Source: Hydrolagus colliei (taxonomy: Eukaryota). Taken from it: 64,000 bases of DNA. Shown here piece by piece: positions 52,590 to 64,000 of this stretch. Location of the stretch: assembly GCA_035084275.1 (NCBI GenBank), contig CM068743.1:14880001-14944000 (forward strand). The letters run 5' to 3'. Numbering within the stretch: position 1 is the stretch's first letter; each line of letters opens with the position of its first letter. The position numbers and the translations under genes are program-made. The notes below the pieces were generated by a model. That model saw only the letters and a program-made list of their open reading frames with translations, searched no databases and was not told the origin of the DNA.

Positions 52590-53280
52590 TAGAGGCTCTG
52601 GCAACATCACCATCCAAGAAAGCACACTCTACCTCATTAAGCCAGTCCGGAACCTAGGCCATCTTGTTTGAACCTCAACTATCCTTTCTACCACACATCC
52701 ATGGCATTATCCGTTCTGCCTTTCCCCACCTTCTCAACATCAGGCATTCACCATATCTAGACTCGACGTCGCAGCTTGTCAGCCTTCCAAACTCTTCCCT
52801 CCACAAACTCCAGAACATCCAGAACTCTTCAGCCCATCTCCACTCCCACATCAGTCTCCGTAACCCCGTCAACCCCACCCTTGCCTGGCTCCACTGGCTC
52901 CCCCATCCCCTGGACAATAGAATCAAAATCCTCATCCTTGCCTTCAAGGTCCTCCATGGCCTGTTCCTTTCTACTTCTGTGACCTGCTGACCACATATTG
53001 ACCTGTGTGCTATCTCTGCTTAGCAGGCTCCAGCCTGCTCCAAGTGCCCTGCCCTCCCCATCCCACCCTTGGTAGACAGGCCTTCAGCATCTCTACCCCC
53101 TCAATTTTAAATTCCCTTTGCTTCGCTACCTCCTTTTAGGCACGAATCAAGACTCTCCACTTCATGACTTCAGCCACCTTCCTACCTTTCCTGATCCCAA
53201 CACCCCACTACCCACCCCGCTCAGGTCCAAATCCCTGATTGTCCAGTTCCTTGGGACATCCTCCTAAAGTGAAATGTACT
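52590..53280 (+). mobile_element. L2 3' fragment
   Basis: LHKLQNIQNSSA...LAWLHWLP...KILILAFKVLHG. Confidence 0.85.
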
Positions 53281-55289
53281 TTTGTGTACAGTTTTGAGAC
53301 CACTGTGATGGGCATACTGTATTTGTTATAGCACATATACTGTATACTTATTGGACCTGATTACCCAATATCTTCATGCAATTTTATATTGCAGAGCTTT
53401 TTAAATGGCTTACAATTGTTCACATCTGTTGTACAGATCAATTGTACAAGTGTTCGCTCCCAGGGGCAATGAACCAATGTAAGTGGACTACAATTTATAC
53501 AGTTCTCTGAATCACTTCTACCCCCAATTTAACACATGAAAGTGCATCTGCACCCCTTAGCAACTGCAGGAGCTTCTGTTTATTCGGATGACCTAACAGT
53601 GTGAAGTGCCACTTTTACGTGGGTTTACTCATTGCATGTCATAATAATGTCTTGATTGTTATACACTGCTATAATAAAGTCCATGTGTCACTGTGTTTTT
53701 CCTGGATGGTTTCCAACAGGAATTTATAGCTGTGTTTTGTTCACCAGGTTGACTAAGAAAGAGTTTCAATTGCACCTTGTGGCTCTGATATTCTGGCAGG
53801 ATGGCAGGCTGTGAAGTTCTCCAGGCAAGCTTCAGATCTGGGCAATTGCTGTGCTCAGCAGTGGAAAGGATGACTTTCCACTGCTGAGCACAGCAATATA
53901 CAGATATGCTGACATTTTTTATAACCTCAGAGCCAAAGTAACTACAAGCTCCATTTCAGTAAGGGAAAGGCGCTAGGTAGAAAGGTAACATTTTAAAGCG
54001 TCCAGAGTTTGGCAAAATCCTAAATTTAGTCTTATCTTGGAAGCTGTTTTACTGTCATTCCCCCAAATTTAAAAAGCCAGCATCAAAATTAAGATTGTAT
54101 TTAAACATTTCCCAAAAGTAAAATGGTTACTTTTGGTCAAGCTAGAATCAGCTGAATAGTTCAGTTGTATTTTTCCCCATATGGTATTTGCCACGTAATA
54201 GAGATTTATTTCTGGATACAGAAGATTTTACTAAAGATCACTACTGATAAGATTGAATTCTACTCACAAGGGTTAGTCTGCTTTTAATCAATAGAGTATG
54301 TATTACCATTTTTTAGGATCCATTCCAGAAAAACAAATTCTGCTTAATAGGAGTGCTCCAACATCACAATGCTTTCCAACCACAATAATTTCACAACTCA
54401 ATGACAGTTATGTATGTAGCTGAACTAAGATGCAGCATTTTGGATGTTACAGAAAACGGAGTTCTGCTTTCATCTGTAATTACTGCATTCTCTGTGATAC
54501 TTTGAAGAGTTTCTTAAGGCCTGTGTATCTGTGCATATCCAAATCCCTTTTTGTTCCAGTTACTTTTTAATTGCTTTGTTATAAATTGGTCGCTCAATCC
54601 ATGACTCTTTGTGGGACACTGCTGTGCGCAATTGGCTGCAGTTTTTCGCCCACAAGATAGTCAATTCACTTTCCAGTATATTATGTGAAGTGCTTTGAGA
54701 TGACTTGAAGATGTGATATGGCGCTATTTCAAATAGAAAGATTATTAGGACAGTTTTGAATGTTTCCATCGTTAATCCACATTATAGCTCACTCAATCAG
54801 TTTCTGCCCTTCATGTCTGCTCTTCCTTGAAACTCTCCCTTCTGATGCAGCTCACTGTGTCACCTCCTCAGGTTTCTCTCTTCATCCCTCCTCTGACTTT
54901 TACTCCCATCTACCCAATCTACAACAACAATAACAACAAAATTGCATTGATAGAGTGCCTTTCACATTGGGAGGACCTCCTAAGGCACTGATGCTCCTTA
55001 CAGATCTCAAACCCATTTATTTACCAATTGTTATCCCTAAATGAAATTTATTTCTGCAAAATCATGGAATGTTTATGCTCTTAACACCCACGTTGATGAA
55101 GTGGGGTGTAAAAGGGTGAGAGGTTATAGAAGAAAAGAGAGGCAGAATAACAAGATCAAAAAATATTTGTCTTAAGTCATTGATTGCTAGTAAGTACTGT
55201 TCACAACAGTACTTACTAGCGACCAATTTATAACAAAGCAATTAAAAAGTAACTTAAACAAAAAGGGATTTGGGTATGCACAGATACAC

Positions 55290-57383
55290 TGTCTGCTCCC
55301 TCAAAAGCCAAGTGAGAGCAGCTGAATGCACGTGGCTCAAATCTGGCCTCATGGTCCACCGGCAAATCTGGCTGGACCGCATCAAATTTTACCGCTCCGC
55401 CCTAGCCACCGCCAAATCAGCCTTCTACTCCAGGATAATCCTGGAAGCGAAGGACAACCACCGCCTCCTCTTCGCCACCACCAACCAGCTCCTCCGCCCC
55501 CCTCCCACCTCACTTCGCAGATCCTCTCCTCTAACGATCGTTGTGAGGAGATGCTGGACTTCCTCGGGTCCAAAATAGAGAGAATCCGCTCTGCGGTTTC
55601 CTCCCCCCACCACTCCTCCACCTCCGTGCCCTCATCAGTTACCTCAACCCCTACTCACCCCCCATTTCACACTTTCAACCCCACCACCCCGTTTTCAGTC
55701 ACAAAAATAATTACCTCCATGAAACCCACCACGTGTTCATTGGACCCCATCCCCACCCCCCTCCTCCGCACCCCGCTCCACCTTTTGGCCCCGCTCATTT
55801 CTGACACCATTAACCTTTCCCTCTCCTCAGGCACCATCCCTACCTCCCTTAAAACAGCCACCATCACCCCTATCCTGAAGAAACCCTCCCTTGATGCGTC
55901 ACAAACATCAAGCTATCAACCCATCTCCAACCTCCCGTTTTTATCCAAGGTCCTTCAAAGAGTGGTTGCCTCCCAGCTCCGCTCTTTCCTTTCAACTCAT
56001 TCACTCCTTGAACCCCTCCAATCAGGTTTCAGCCCAATTCACAGCACAGAAACTGCCCTGGTTAAGGTTACAAATGACATCCTAACCGCCTGTGACCAGG
56101 GATCCCTCTGCCTCCTCGTCCTCTCTGCTGCGTTCGACACAGTTGATCACACCATCCTCCTCCAACGTCTTTCCTCCCACCTCAACCTTCAAGGCACAGT
56201 CCTTGACTGGTTCCATTCCTACCTGACCCACCATTTACACTTTGTTTCTTCCAACAGTTTTTCTCAAACCCCCGCACAGTTTCTCACGGTGTTCCTCAGG
56301 GCTCTGTCCTCGGCCCCCTCCTTTTCACCCTTTACACGCTCCCTGTGGGCGACGTCATCCGCAAACATGGGGTAAATTTCCACATGTATGCGGACGACAC
56401 CCAGCTGTACCTTTCTGCCTCATCCCTCAAACCCCAGACCATCGATGTTCTGACAGCATGTCTGTCCGACATTGAGTCCTGGACGAGGGACAATTTCCTG
56501 CAATTGAACGTGGGTAAGACCGAGGCCCACCTGATCGGCTCAAGCCAGCGCCTACGCACATCGGGCGCTGCCAGCCTCAACATCCAAGGCTGTACTCTCC
56601 ACCTCACAAAGCCAATCAGGAACCTCGGCATCATGTTCGATCAAAAACTCTCTTTCCTCCCCCACATCCGTGCCTTGACCGGCAACGCTTATTTGCACCT
56701 GCGCAACATTGCCAGGCTCCGCAATTATCTTACCCCCTGCGCTTCCGAAATACTCGTGCACGCGTACATCACCTCGAGGCTGGACTATGGAAACTCTCTC
56801 CTCGTCGGCCTCCCCATTTCCTCCATTCACAGGCTGCAGGTCATCCAAAACTCTGCAGCCCGTGTATTATCCTGCACCCGCCTCCGCGACCATATAACCC
56901 CCACCCTCGCCCGTCTCCATTGGCTCCCCATTCTCCAGAGGATCGAGTTCAAGATCCTCGTCCTCACCTTCAAGGCCTTACACGGCCTTGCCCCGCCCTA
57001 TTTAACCAATCTACTTTCCCCCTATAAGCCCACCCGGACCCTCCGTTCAACAGGACTTGGCCTGCTCCAAGCCCCCCACCCAAACCGCCCCACCATCGGA
57101 GGCCGGGCCTTCAGTTTCTCTGCTCCCACCCTGTGGAATACCATCCCCCAATCCCTCTGTCTCGTTTCTTCCCTTTCCTCTTTCAAGGCCGGTTTGAAGA
57201 CTTTCCTCTTCGACCGTGCCTTTTGTTCCACCCCGAATTTTTCGATTTCCTCTTCGTGTCTTACCCCTTCCCAAACACTCCCCTCCCAGCTCGGGTCACA
57301 CGCCTCCTGTGCAGCGCCTTGGGACGTCCTCCCGACGTGAAAGGCGCTCTATAAGTGTAATTTGCTGTTGTTGTTGTTGTTGT
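55290..57383 (+). mobile_element. Young 5'-truncated L2-clade LINE
   Basis: [38 protein letters not shown] and [10 protein letters not shown] motifs; two frameshifts; 9-nt deletion (LLVL-SAAFD) removes the first catalytic Asp; stem-loop plus (GTT)n tail. Confidence 0.95.
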
Positions 57384-57654
57384 TCAGCATCTTGGGATGA
57401 CCTCCTAATGTGAAAGGTGCTTTTCAAATGTAATTTTATTATTGTTGTATTTTAATCAAGTCCTAGTGGCCTGGTCACAGCTGCCCTTTCCGGCAAACTT
57501 TTACAGTCCACAGTCTTGCTCCTCCTAATCTCTGTGACCAATTAGAACTTCACCAACCTGTTCACTCCCGCCACTCTTCAGTCACTGGCCAGCTCCATAT
57601 CCTCTGCACTGCCAGCTCTACTATCAGCCTTTCTGCTCCCGCCCTCTGGGACTA

Positions 57655-58270
57655 ATAAAAAGAATAATAATTTGGTCATTCAATCTACAGCTGTTTTTGG
57701 GACACTGCTGTGTGCAATTGACTGCCACATTTCACCCACAATATACAGAGTCAATTCACGTTACAGTATATTCTGTGAAGCGCTTTGAGACATCTCAAAG
57801 ATGTGATAAGCCACTGTATCAAATGCAAGACTATTATGATTATGACTTCATCCACCTCGCTCAAATGGTCCCTCCACCTCATTACCTCTCTTGCTTCCTT
57901 CAAGACCCATTTCAAAACCTTCCTTTCCAACTGTACCTTCAATCATCTCCAACCTTCTCTGATCCCACCTGCAGATTGGATTCAAGTCCCCCATTGATGG
58001 GCCAAATGGCCTGTTTCTGTGCTGTAATATTCTCTGATTCTAAATCTGTGAAATAGAATCATCGAATATTATAGCACAAAAGAAGGCCATTCGGCCCATT
58101 ATAAAAGTGCCTTTTTGGAAGAGTTAATCAATCAGTTGGCTGTCGCCTTTCACCCACATATATATAGTTAATCCACTTTACATTATATTCTGTGATGTGC
58201 TTTGAGATTCTAGATGACATGAAAAGCACTGCATTAAATGCAAGGATTATTATATTATTTTATTATTATG
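57655..58270 (+). mobile_element. Partial copies of the same SINE (others at 7335, 11610, 26700, 41505, 43055, 54585, 58985 and 63885)
   Basis: Shared cagtcaattcactttacagtatattctgtgaagcgctttgagac core and tail. Confidence 0.8.
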
Positions 58271-58283
58271 TTTGTGATTTCAG

Positions 58284-58424
58284 GTGCCTTTTTGATTCCA
58301 TACATCCTTGCATTGATTTTTGTGGGGATCCCTCTATTTCACCTTGAATTAGCAATTGGACAACGACTCCGGAAAGGCAGTATTGGTGTCTGGAATTCCA
58401 TCTCTCCATACTTGGGAGGCGTCG
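58284..58424 (+). CDS. slc6a18: SLC6A18 exon 2, 141 nt
   Basis: [47 protein letters not shown]; tttcag and gtaagg boundaries. Confidence 0.9.
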
Positions 58425-58597
58425 GTAAGGTTTTGGGTTGAAACATTTTTTGTAACAATTTTTTTTTATTTCTCTAGAAGTATGAGTGATCACATATAAA
58501 GCTTCAAAGTGGCAGCAGTTCTTCCTCTCATAATTCTCACCCTTCCTGGTTCAAAATGTAAAAAAGCCCCCATCATTTTAAGAACATATTCTATGTA

Positions 58598-58977
58598 CAA
58601 TAAAAAGCCCATTTATCCGTGACCCAATTAACCAGATTGCTCGACCCCCTCTCGGGGCAATTCCCATTCCGGCAATCGTGAGTATGCTCAATGCATGCAC
58701 AAGCGCACTTATTAAACTTATGAACTTGGAAGTTTTTACTGATCGGTAAAAAATGATTTTTTTAACTGATTTTTTACCGAGTGTACTGAAATCCTTATTG
58801 GTAAGTAGCTATACAATATTCTGTTACTATTTAGTGTATTATTAATATAGTAAGTTTTAAAATAAATAATTTTTTTGTGTTAGGTTTTCGGCAACTTGCC
58901 GCCCGATTATCCAGCACAGTCAACTAGTTGAACCCCCACCCCACCCCCGAACATGCTGGATAAACAGGCTTTTACTG
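58598..58977. mobile_element. Tc1/mariner (Tigger-like) MITE
   Basis: TA flanks; TIRs CAATAAAAAGCCCATTTATCC and GGATAAACAGGCTTTTACTG. Confidence 0.8.
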
Positions 58978-59110
58978 TATTTGCATCCACAAAATACACA
59001 ATCAATATTAACTTCACAATATATTCTGCAAAGTGCTTTGAGATGGCTAGAAGATGTGAAGAGGCACTATACCAAATTCAAGGATGATTATTTTATTATT
59101 ATTAGCATGT

Positions 59111-59729
59111 TGTGAGAGATTCGGATGGAAGCAACCAATATGGTTTTATAATAATCCAAGGTTTATTAATTAATACAAATAGCTTAACTTATTCTTAAAA
59201 CTGAAACCCTAGATATAGTAGAATTGATATTGATTCCACTGGGAAGTGTGCTGACCGACGATGACAAATCCTCACTATACCCAAATTACAACTTTCTTTG
59301 ATGTGTTTCTAACTCCATCTCCCCTTGTCACGGAGATAGCCCAACCCTACACAGGTTGCTTTGCAGAAAGAGAGATATGGCCAACTTCTGGTCAGCCTTC
59401 CAGAGACCGCTTGTTTCTCGGCCTTGAGATAGGCAAGTGATTGAGGGTGTAGCCGTTTCTTTCTGTGACGCATTGTTCTTGCATCTATGTTCAAGGACTC
59501 GATTGCTTATTAGCTGGGAGGAGTGAATACTTTCCCAGATAAATATGAAAGGTAATCAAAAGCTGACCTCAACTGGTCTAGCAAACTATTTTTAACTTCT
59601 GCTAAATTGGTCATTAAATCAAATCAACTTTATTCAAGGATTATGGGTAAATTCCATTTTAAATGAATGCTGCAAAAGGATTAGTTAAAAGCCTTAAAAA
59701 ACATTAAACATCACAAATATAATCTTACA
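59111..59729 (-). mobile_element. Solo LTR (619 bp)
   Basis: Termini TGTGAGA and TCTTACA (short inverted repeat); 4-bp TSD atgt/aggt; AATAAA on the minus strand about 50 nt from its 3' end. Confidence 0.7.
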
Positions 59730-60059
59730 AGGTTCATTGCATGCATTGACAGATTTATGCACCATTTTATGACAATAAATTTAAATTTTCCTCTATACTC
59801 CCAGTCCCGTTCACAGCCCCTGAGCCTGGGAATTGAGAGTGTAAATATCCCTTGGTTGTAGAGGAGTAAATTGCACTTCAAAATAACATGGGGGGAGAAA
59901 TGGATTGAAACATCATGGGCTTCAGATTGGGTAGAACAGAATACATTTTTATTAATGCAAATTGACTGTTACATTTTGGGATGTTTACTAATACATCCCA
60001 AATGTTGTCCATTTCACATTGTTATATCCGTGAATACTCCTTTTGCATGTAAAAATAGT

Positions 60060-60390
60060 AATAATCCTTACGTTTGATATTATACTATAGCACATCATTG
60101 AGATGTCTCAAAGGGCTTCACAGAGTAAATTGTAAAAGGATATGAAATGCGGCAGCTAATTGTGCACAGCAATGTCCAAAAAACAGCCATGGAGTGAATG
60201 ACCAATATTATTTGGGGTATTGTTGGCCAGGACACCAAGGGAAATTTTCTTCTCTTTATGAATAGTGCCATGGGATATTTGACATCCATCTGAACAGGCA
60301 GTTGGTACCTTGGTTTTACGTCTTATCTGAAGGATGACACACTCTGCGTTGCATTGTGTGATGTAATTTCAAGTCCTGACATGGGGTGCT
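60060..60390 (-). mobile_element. Ancient Deu-core SINE (other copies about 520-980, 7140-7335, 8040-8390, 15205-16520, 16755-17110 and 44030-44220)
   Basis: ggccaggacacc...gaatagtgccatgggat...catccatctgaac...tcttatctgaagga core resembling DeuSINE. Confidence 0.7.
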
Positions 60391-60487
60391 ATAAAATGCA
60401 ATTTGTTGCTGTTCATTGAATTCATTGCAACGCTTTGAAAACGCATCTTAAAAGTTTTTAACTTATTTTTCCTGTGTTGCGTTACAG

Positions 60488-60628
60488 GCATTTCATCGAT
60501 GCTGGTGTCCTTCCTGGTGGGATTATACTACAACACCATCATCATGTGGGTACTCTGGTACTTTTTTCATTCATTCCAGGATCCATTGCCATGGAAAAAT
60601 TGCCCCACATTAAACGACAATCAAACAG
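60488..60628 (+). CDS. slc6a18: SLC6A18 exon 3, 141 nt
   Basis: [47 protein letters not shown]; ttacag and gttaag boundaries. Confidence 0.9.
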
Positions 60629-61394
60629 GTTAAGAAGAACGTGCAGAAATGTTTCACTAATATTCCAGTGACATGTAGTGATTTAGTAATCAATTATTGG
60701 GCTTATCAAGTTGAGATGGGTCAATGTTGAATATTGGAGTATATTAACGCTCTTTCTGTCAGCATTGAAGAAATATGGCCAGATGTGACATAATATCAAC
60801 AAAATTCACCTGGCCATATCTTCTTCTTTGTCCACAAATATACAGTCAATTCTCCTACTCTCCTTCTTCCTACCCCGACCCCTCCCATTGCTCGGGTCCC
60901 AACCTGACTGTTCAGCGCCTTGGGACGTCCTCCCGACGTGAAAGGCCCTCTATAAATCTAATTTGTTGTTGTTGTTCATCCCCTTCTTTCTTCTACTTTA
61001 TTGCTCCTTCCTCTATATCCCTCCCCACTATCATGTAGATTTTTGCTCCTTTACCCACTGTCCAACTTTATCTTCCACATGAAACCCACAACCTTCTCCC
61101 TTTCCACCCAGCACCAGACTACCAAATTGCCATCCTTTGCCCTTTGCTTGTGAACCTTTCCCTTTTCTTTCATTCCATCCCATCTTTTCTCCCAGTTCCT
61201 CTTTCATTCCTTGCTCATGTCCCTCTAACCCATTTTTAAAAACATTTCACTCACATGGTACTGACCACCCCCATCAAAGTCACAACCAATGTTCTTTCAA
61301 TAATGGGCTCCTCAACCAGTCTGCTTTTCAACATGTTGACTATTCTATCCTCCTCGCCCCAGACACAGGTTTTATGTGATACAGCGATTTACAT

Positions 61395-62560
61395 GTACAA
61401 CCACCAAAGCACCAAGGTAATATTTTGCATCCGCTGCTCAAGATGTGATCTCCTCTAAATTGGGGAGACCAAACGCAGATTGAGTGACTGATTTGCTGAA
61501 CACCTCCATTCTGTCCGCAAGTGCAACCCTGATCTACCGATTTCTTGCCATTTCAACTCTCCTTCCCACTCGCAGTCTGACTTCTCCATCCACCATCTCC
61601 TACGCTGTTGCAATGAACCACAGCGTAAGCTTGATGAACAGCACCTTATCTACAGCCCCATGGGCCCAATATTGATTTCATTAATTTCAAGCCATAACAG
61701 CTCACCTTCCCCCTCCTTCTCTTCTGTGACCATCCAGTCCTGCTCAGCTAGACTGTTGCAACGCCCTCCCCGCTGGTCATCCCTCCAACACAATCCACGA
61801 AATCCAGCTAATTCAAAACTCTGCCACCCACATATTCACCTGCACCAAGCTTTGCTCCCCCATTACCCCAATCCTTGCCAGACTTCACAGGCTCCCTATC
61901 CCTGAGAGGATCGACTTCAAGATCCTCAGCCTTGTTTTCAAGTCCCTCCACTCCTCTGCACTCCCCTACCTCTCTGATCTCCTCTCTCCCCAAACCAGCA
62001 CTCGCTGCTTTTGATTTACCGGGTCTGGCCTCCTCCATGTCCCCCGAATCCTCCACTCCACCCTTGGCGGCCGTGCCTTCAGCCACTACACCCCGAGGCT
62101 CTGGAACTCCCTTCCTCACTCCGTTCCACTCACCCCCTCTCTTCCCAGTTTCAAGTCACGGCTAAAGACCTTTCTCTTCTAACGCGCCTTTGATCACCTT
62201 TCTACCCCTGCCCCTGGCTCGGTCCTGGGATCGCTATTGTGAAGCGCTCTGAGACACCGTCCGGCATGGAGGGCACTATATAAATCGCTGTTGTTCTTTT
62301 GCAATTTCACCCCATCTTTGTTTAATGTTATTAACATCTCTTCTCTCTAGTTTTGTTGCAACCCCCCCTGTTTTACAACATCAACAGCTCTTTAACCCAT
62401 CATCTCCTGTCCTCTACCCCAATTTTCTCCTTTGTCTGTCTTTCACTGCCTTCCCCTTTCTGATAGAAAGAGTTGTGGACCCGAAACGTTGACTTACTTT
62501 CCTTTCTCCATAGATCCTATCTGATGTGCTGAGTGTTCTCAGTGATTTCTGTTTTTGTTT
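61395..62560 (+). mobile_element. Penelope-like element relic (GIY-YIG endonuclease plus 3' repeat), split by an L2
   Basis: VIFCIRCSRCDLL*IGETKRRLSD*FAEHLHSV...ISCHFNSPSH; downstream ctgataga...gaaacgtt...gctgagtgttctcag 3' motif. Confidence 0.78.
61740..62295 (+). mobile_element. L2 3' fragment inserted in the Penelope relic
   Basis: ERIDFKIL motif; tail gagacaccgtccggcatggagggcactatataaatc, same subfamily as 10435-10500 (-). Confidence 0.8.
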
Positions 62561-62655
62561 CATTCTATCCTCCTTGATTGCCTATTTTCTTTCATTTATC
62601 TCTGTGCAACTAAACATCCTGGTTTTTATGCCCAAGTTTGCTCTTGTTTTTGCAG

Positions 62656-62825
62656 AGTGTGAGCGGAGCACTCCTGTTGACTACTTCTGGTACCGAAAGA
62701 CCTTGAATATAAGTAATGACATCAATGTGAATGGAGAACTGCAGTGGTGGCTTGTAATCTGTCTTCTCATTGCTTGGTTCATAGTGTTTCTGTGCACTGT
62801 AAAAGGAATTAAGAGCATTGGGAAG
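62656..62825 (+). CDS. slc6a18: SLC6A18 exon 4, 170 nt
   Basis: ECERSTPVDYFWYRKTLNISNDINVNGELQWWLVICLLIAWFIVFLCTVKGIKSIGK; tttttgcag and gtgagg boundaries; the acceptor is the only nearby in-phase AG. Confidence 0.85.
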
Positions 62826-63018
62826 GTGAGGATGTTTACCATTGATCCATGGACACTCCATATTGTATTCTGCTGTAAAATATTTACCTTTAAAAGCAAA
62901 CCTAACATTGAGTTTAATATAAATTCATGATTTGACATAACCTTTACTTCCAAGTACAGCAAAGTGAAAACTCTTATATCTAGCAGGATTTCACATCTCT
63001 GTTCATTATGCTTTGCAG

Positions 63019-63129
63019 GCTGTATACATCACTTCAACCTTCCCTTATTTAGTATTGTTCATTTTCCTAGTGAGAGGGCTAATGCTGCCTGGAGCCAGCC
63101 AAGGCTTAATCTACCTGTTTACACCAGAT
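63019..63129 (+). CDS. slc6a18: SLC6A18 exon 5, 111 nt; gene continues beyond the window
   Basis: [37 protein letters not shown] ([12 protein letters not shown] is SLC6A18-like); gtaagt donor. Confidence 0.9.
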
Positions 63130-63159
63130 GTAAGTTTATTTAATTGTATATCATAATAC

Positions 63160-63568
63160 TAATAATTATAATAATCCTTGCACTTCATATAGCGCTTTTT
63201 ATGTCTTCTAGACATCTCAAAGTGCTTCACAGAATATACTGAATTGACTGTATATATGTGGGCAAAACACGGCAACGAATTGGGCATAGTAGTGAACCAC
63301 CACCAACAACAATAACAACAAAATTACATTTATAGAGCGCCTTTCACATCGGGAGGACGTCCCAAGGCACTGAACAGTTAGGTCGAGACCCGAGCAGAGG
63401 GGGAAACAGTCCCTGGATTGTAATGACCAATTAATTATTGTATTTTGGAGGGATTATTATCAGGCATGTTGCGTAAGGAAATTTGCCCAAGGTTTCACCC
63501 TACCTGGAATCAACCAGGTCCCTTGCTTGTAAGGCGAGTGCTCTAACCACCGAGCTACAGGACTCCAC
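63160..63568 (-). mobile_element. Full-length SINE interrupted by an L2 tail (63300-63410)
   Basis: Head with A and B boxes at 63490-63568; tail at 63160. Confidence 0.85.
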
Positions 63569-64000
63569 AATAATGAAGATTGGCTATGCAGGTTAGACAT
63601 CATAGCTACTATAATGCACATTTATTTGGGTCTGGTTTAGAGATTCACAAAAGGATTTCTAAAAGATAATTCTGCGGGTACTATCTGACTGAAGAAATCC
63701 ACTTGGTCACCAATTGAAATGTCGATTTATAATCCTTAAACATAATTTTGACATTTGGTGTTGTACCTATCACAGTAGGAACAAGTCCCAAAACATTCCA
63801 CAGGATGTACCGTAACTCCTTTTACATGAATAATTACATTTATGATAGTAAGTGACATGGCAACTTTGGATCCAAAAAAACCCCACAATAATAAAATTGG
63901 TCATTTCAATCCATGACTGTTTCTAGAACACTGCTGTGTGCAATTTTGGCTGCCACGTTCGTCCACAAATATACAATCAATTCACTTTACAGTATATTCT

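Noticed and set aside
1-64000. CRISPR array or other prokaryotic system
   Set aside because: Recurrent short motifs are dispersed LINE/SINE tails in both orientations, with no regular spacing; the DNA is spliceosomal and vertebrate.

Overview
Vertebrate nuclear DNA; the repeat content (tRNA-headed Deu-type SINEs, CR1 and L2 LINEs, Tx1, Penelope) points to a cartilaginous fish, possibly a chimaera (inference). The window holds a complete 12-exon slc6a19 (B0AT1 neutral amino-acid transporter; CDS 8920-38738, 1911 nt, 636 aa, all GT-AG introns) followed in tandem by exons 1-5 of slc6a18 (42632 onward, running off the right edge). Almost all remaining sequence is transposon-derived and often nested. 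I found no clearly new protein-coding system. The most unusual signals are: a fossil hAT transposase with a CGGBP1-like N-terminus split by a Tigger element; three fold-back/template-switch scars, one at an L2 5' junction; a SINE subfamily with a swapped LINE tail; an unclassified three-copy repeat; a Tx1 inserted with a TSD into a SINE B-box; two solo LTRs; a Penelope relic with a degenerate hammerhead core; LINE/SINE tails forming splice-acceptor regions; and near-identical CR1 copies flanking slc6a19. Exon coordinates were read directly from the sequence; TE boundaries are approximate and no database searches were run.
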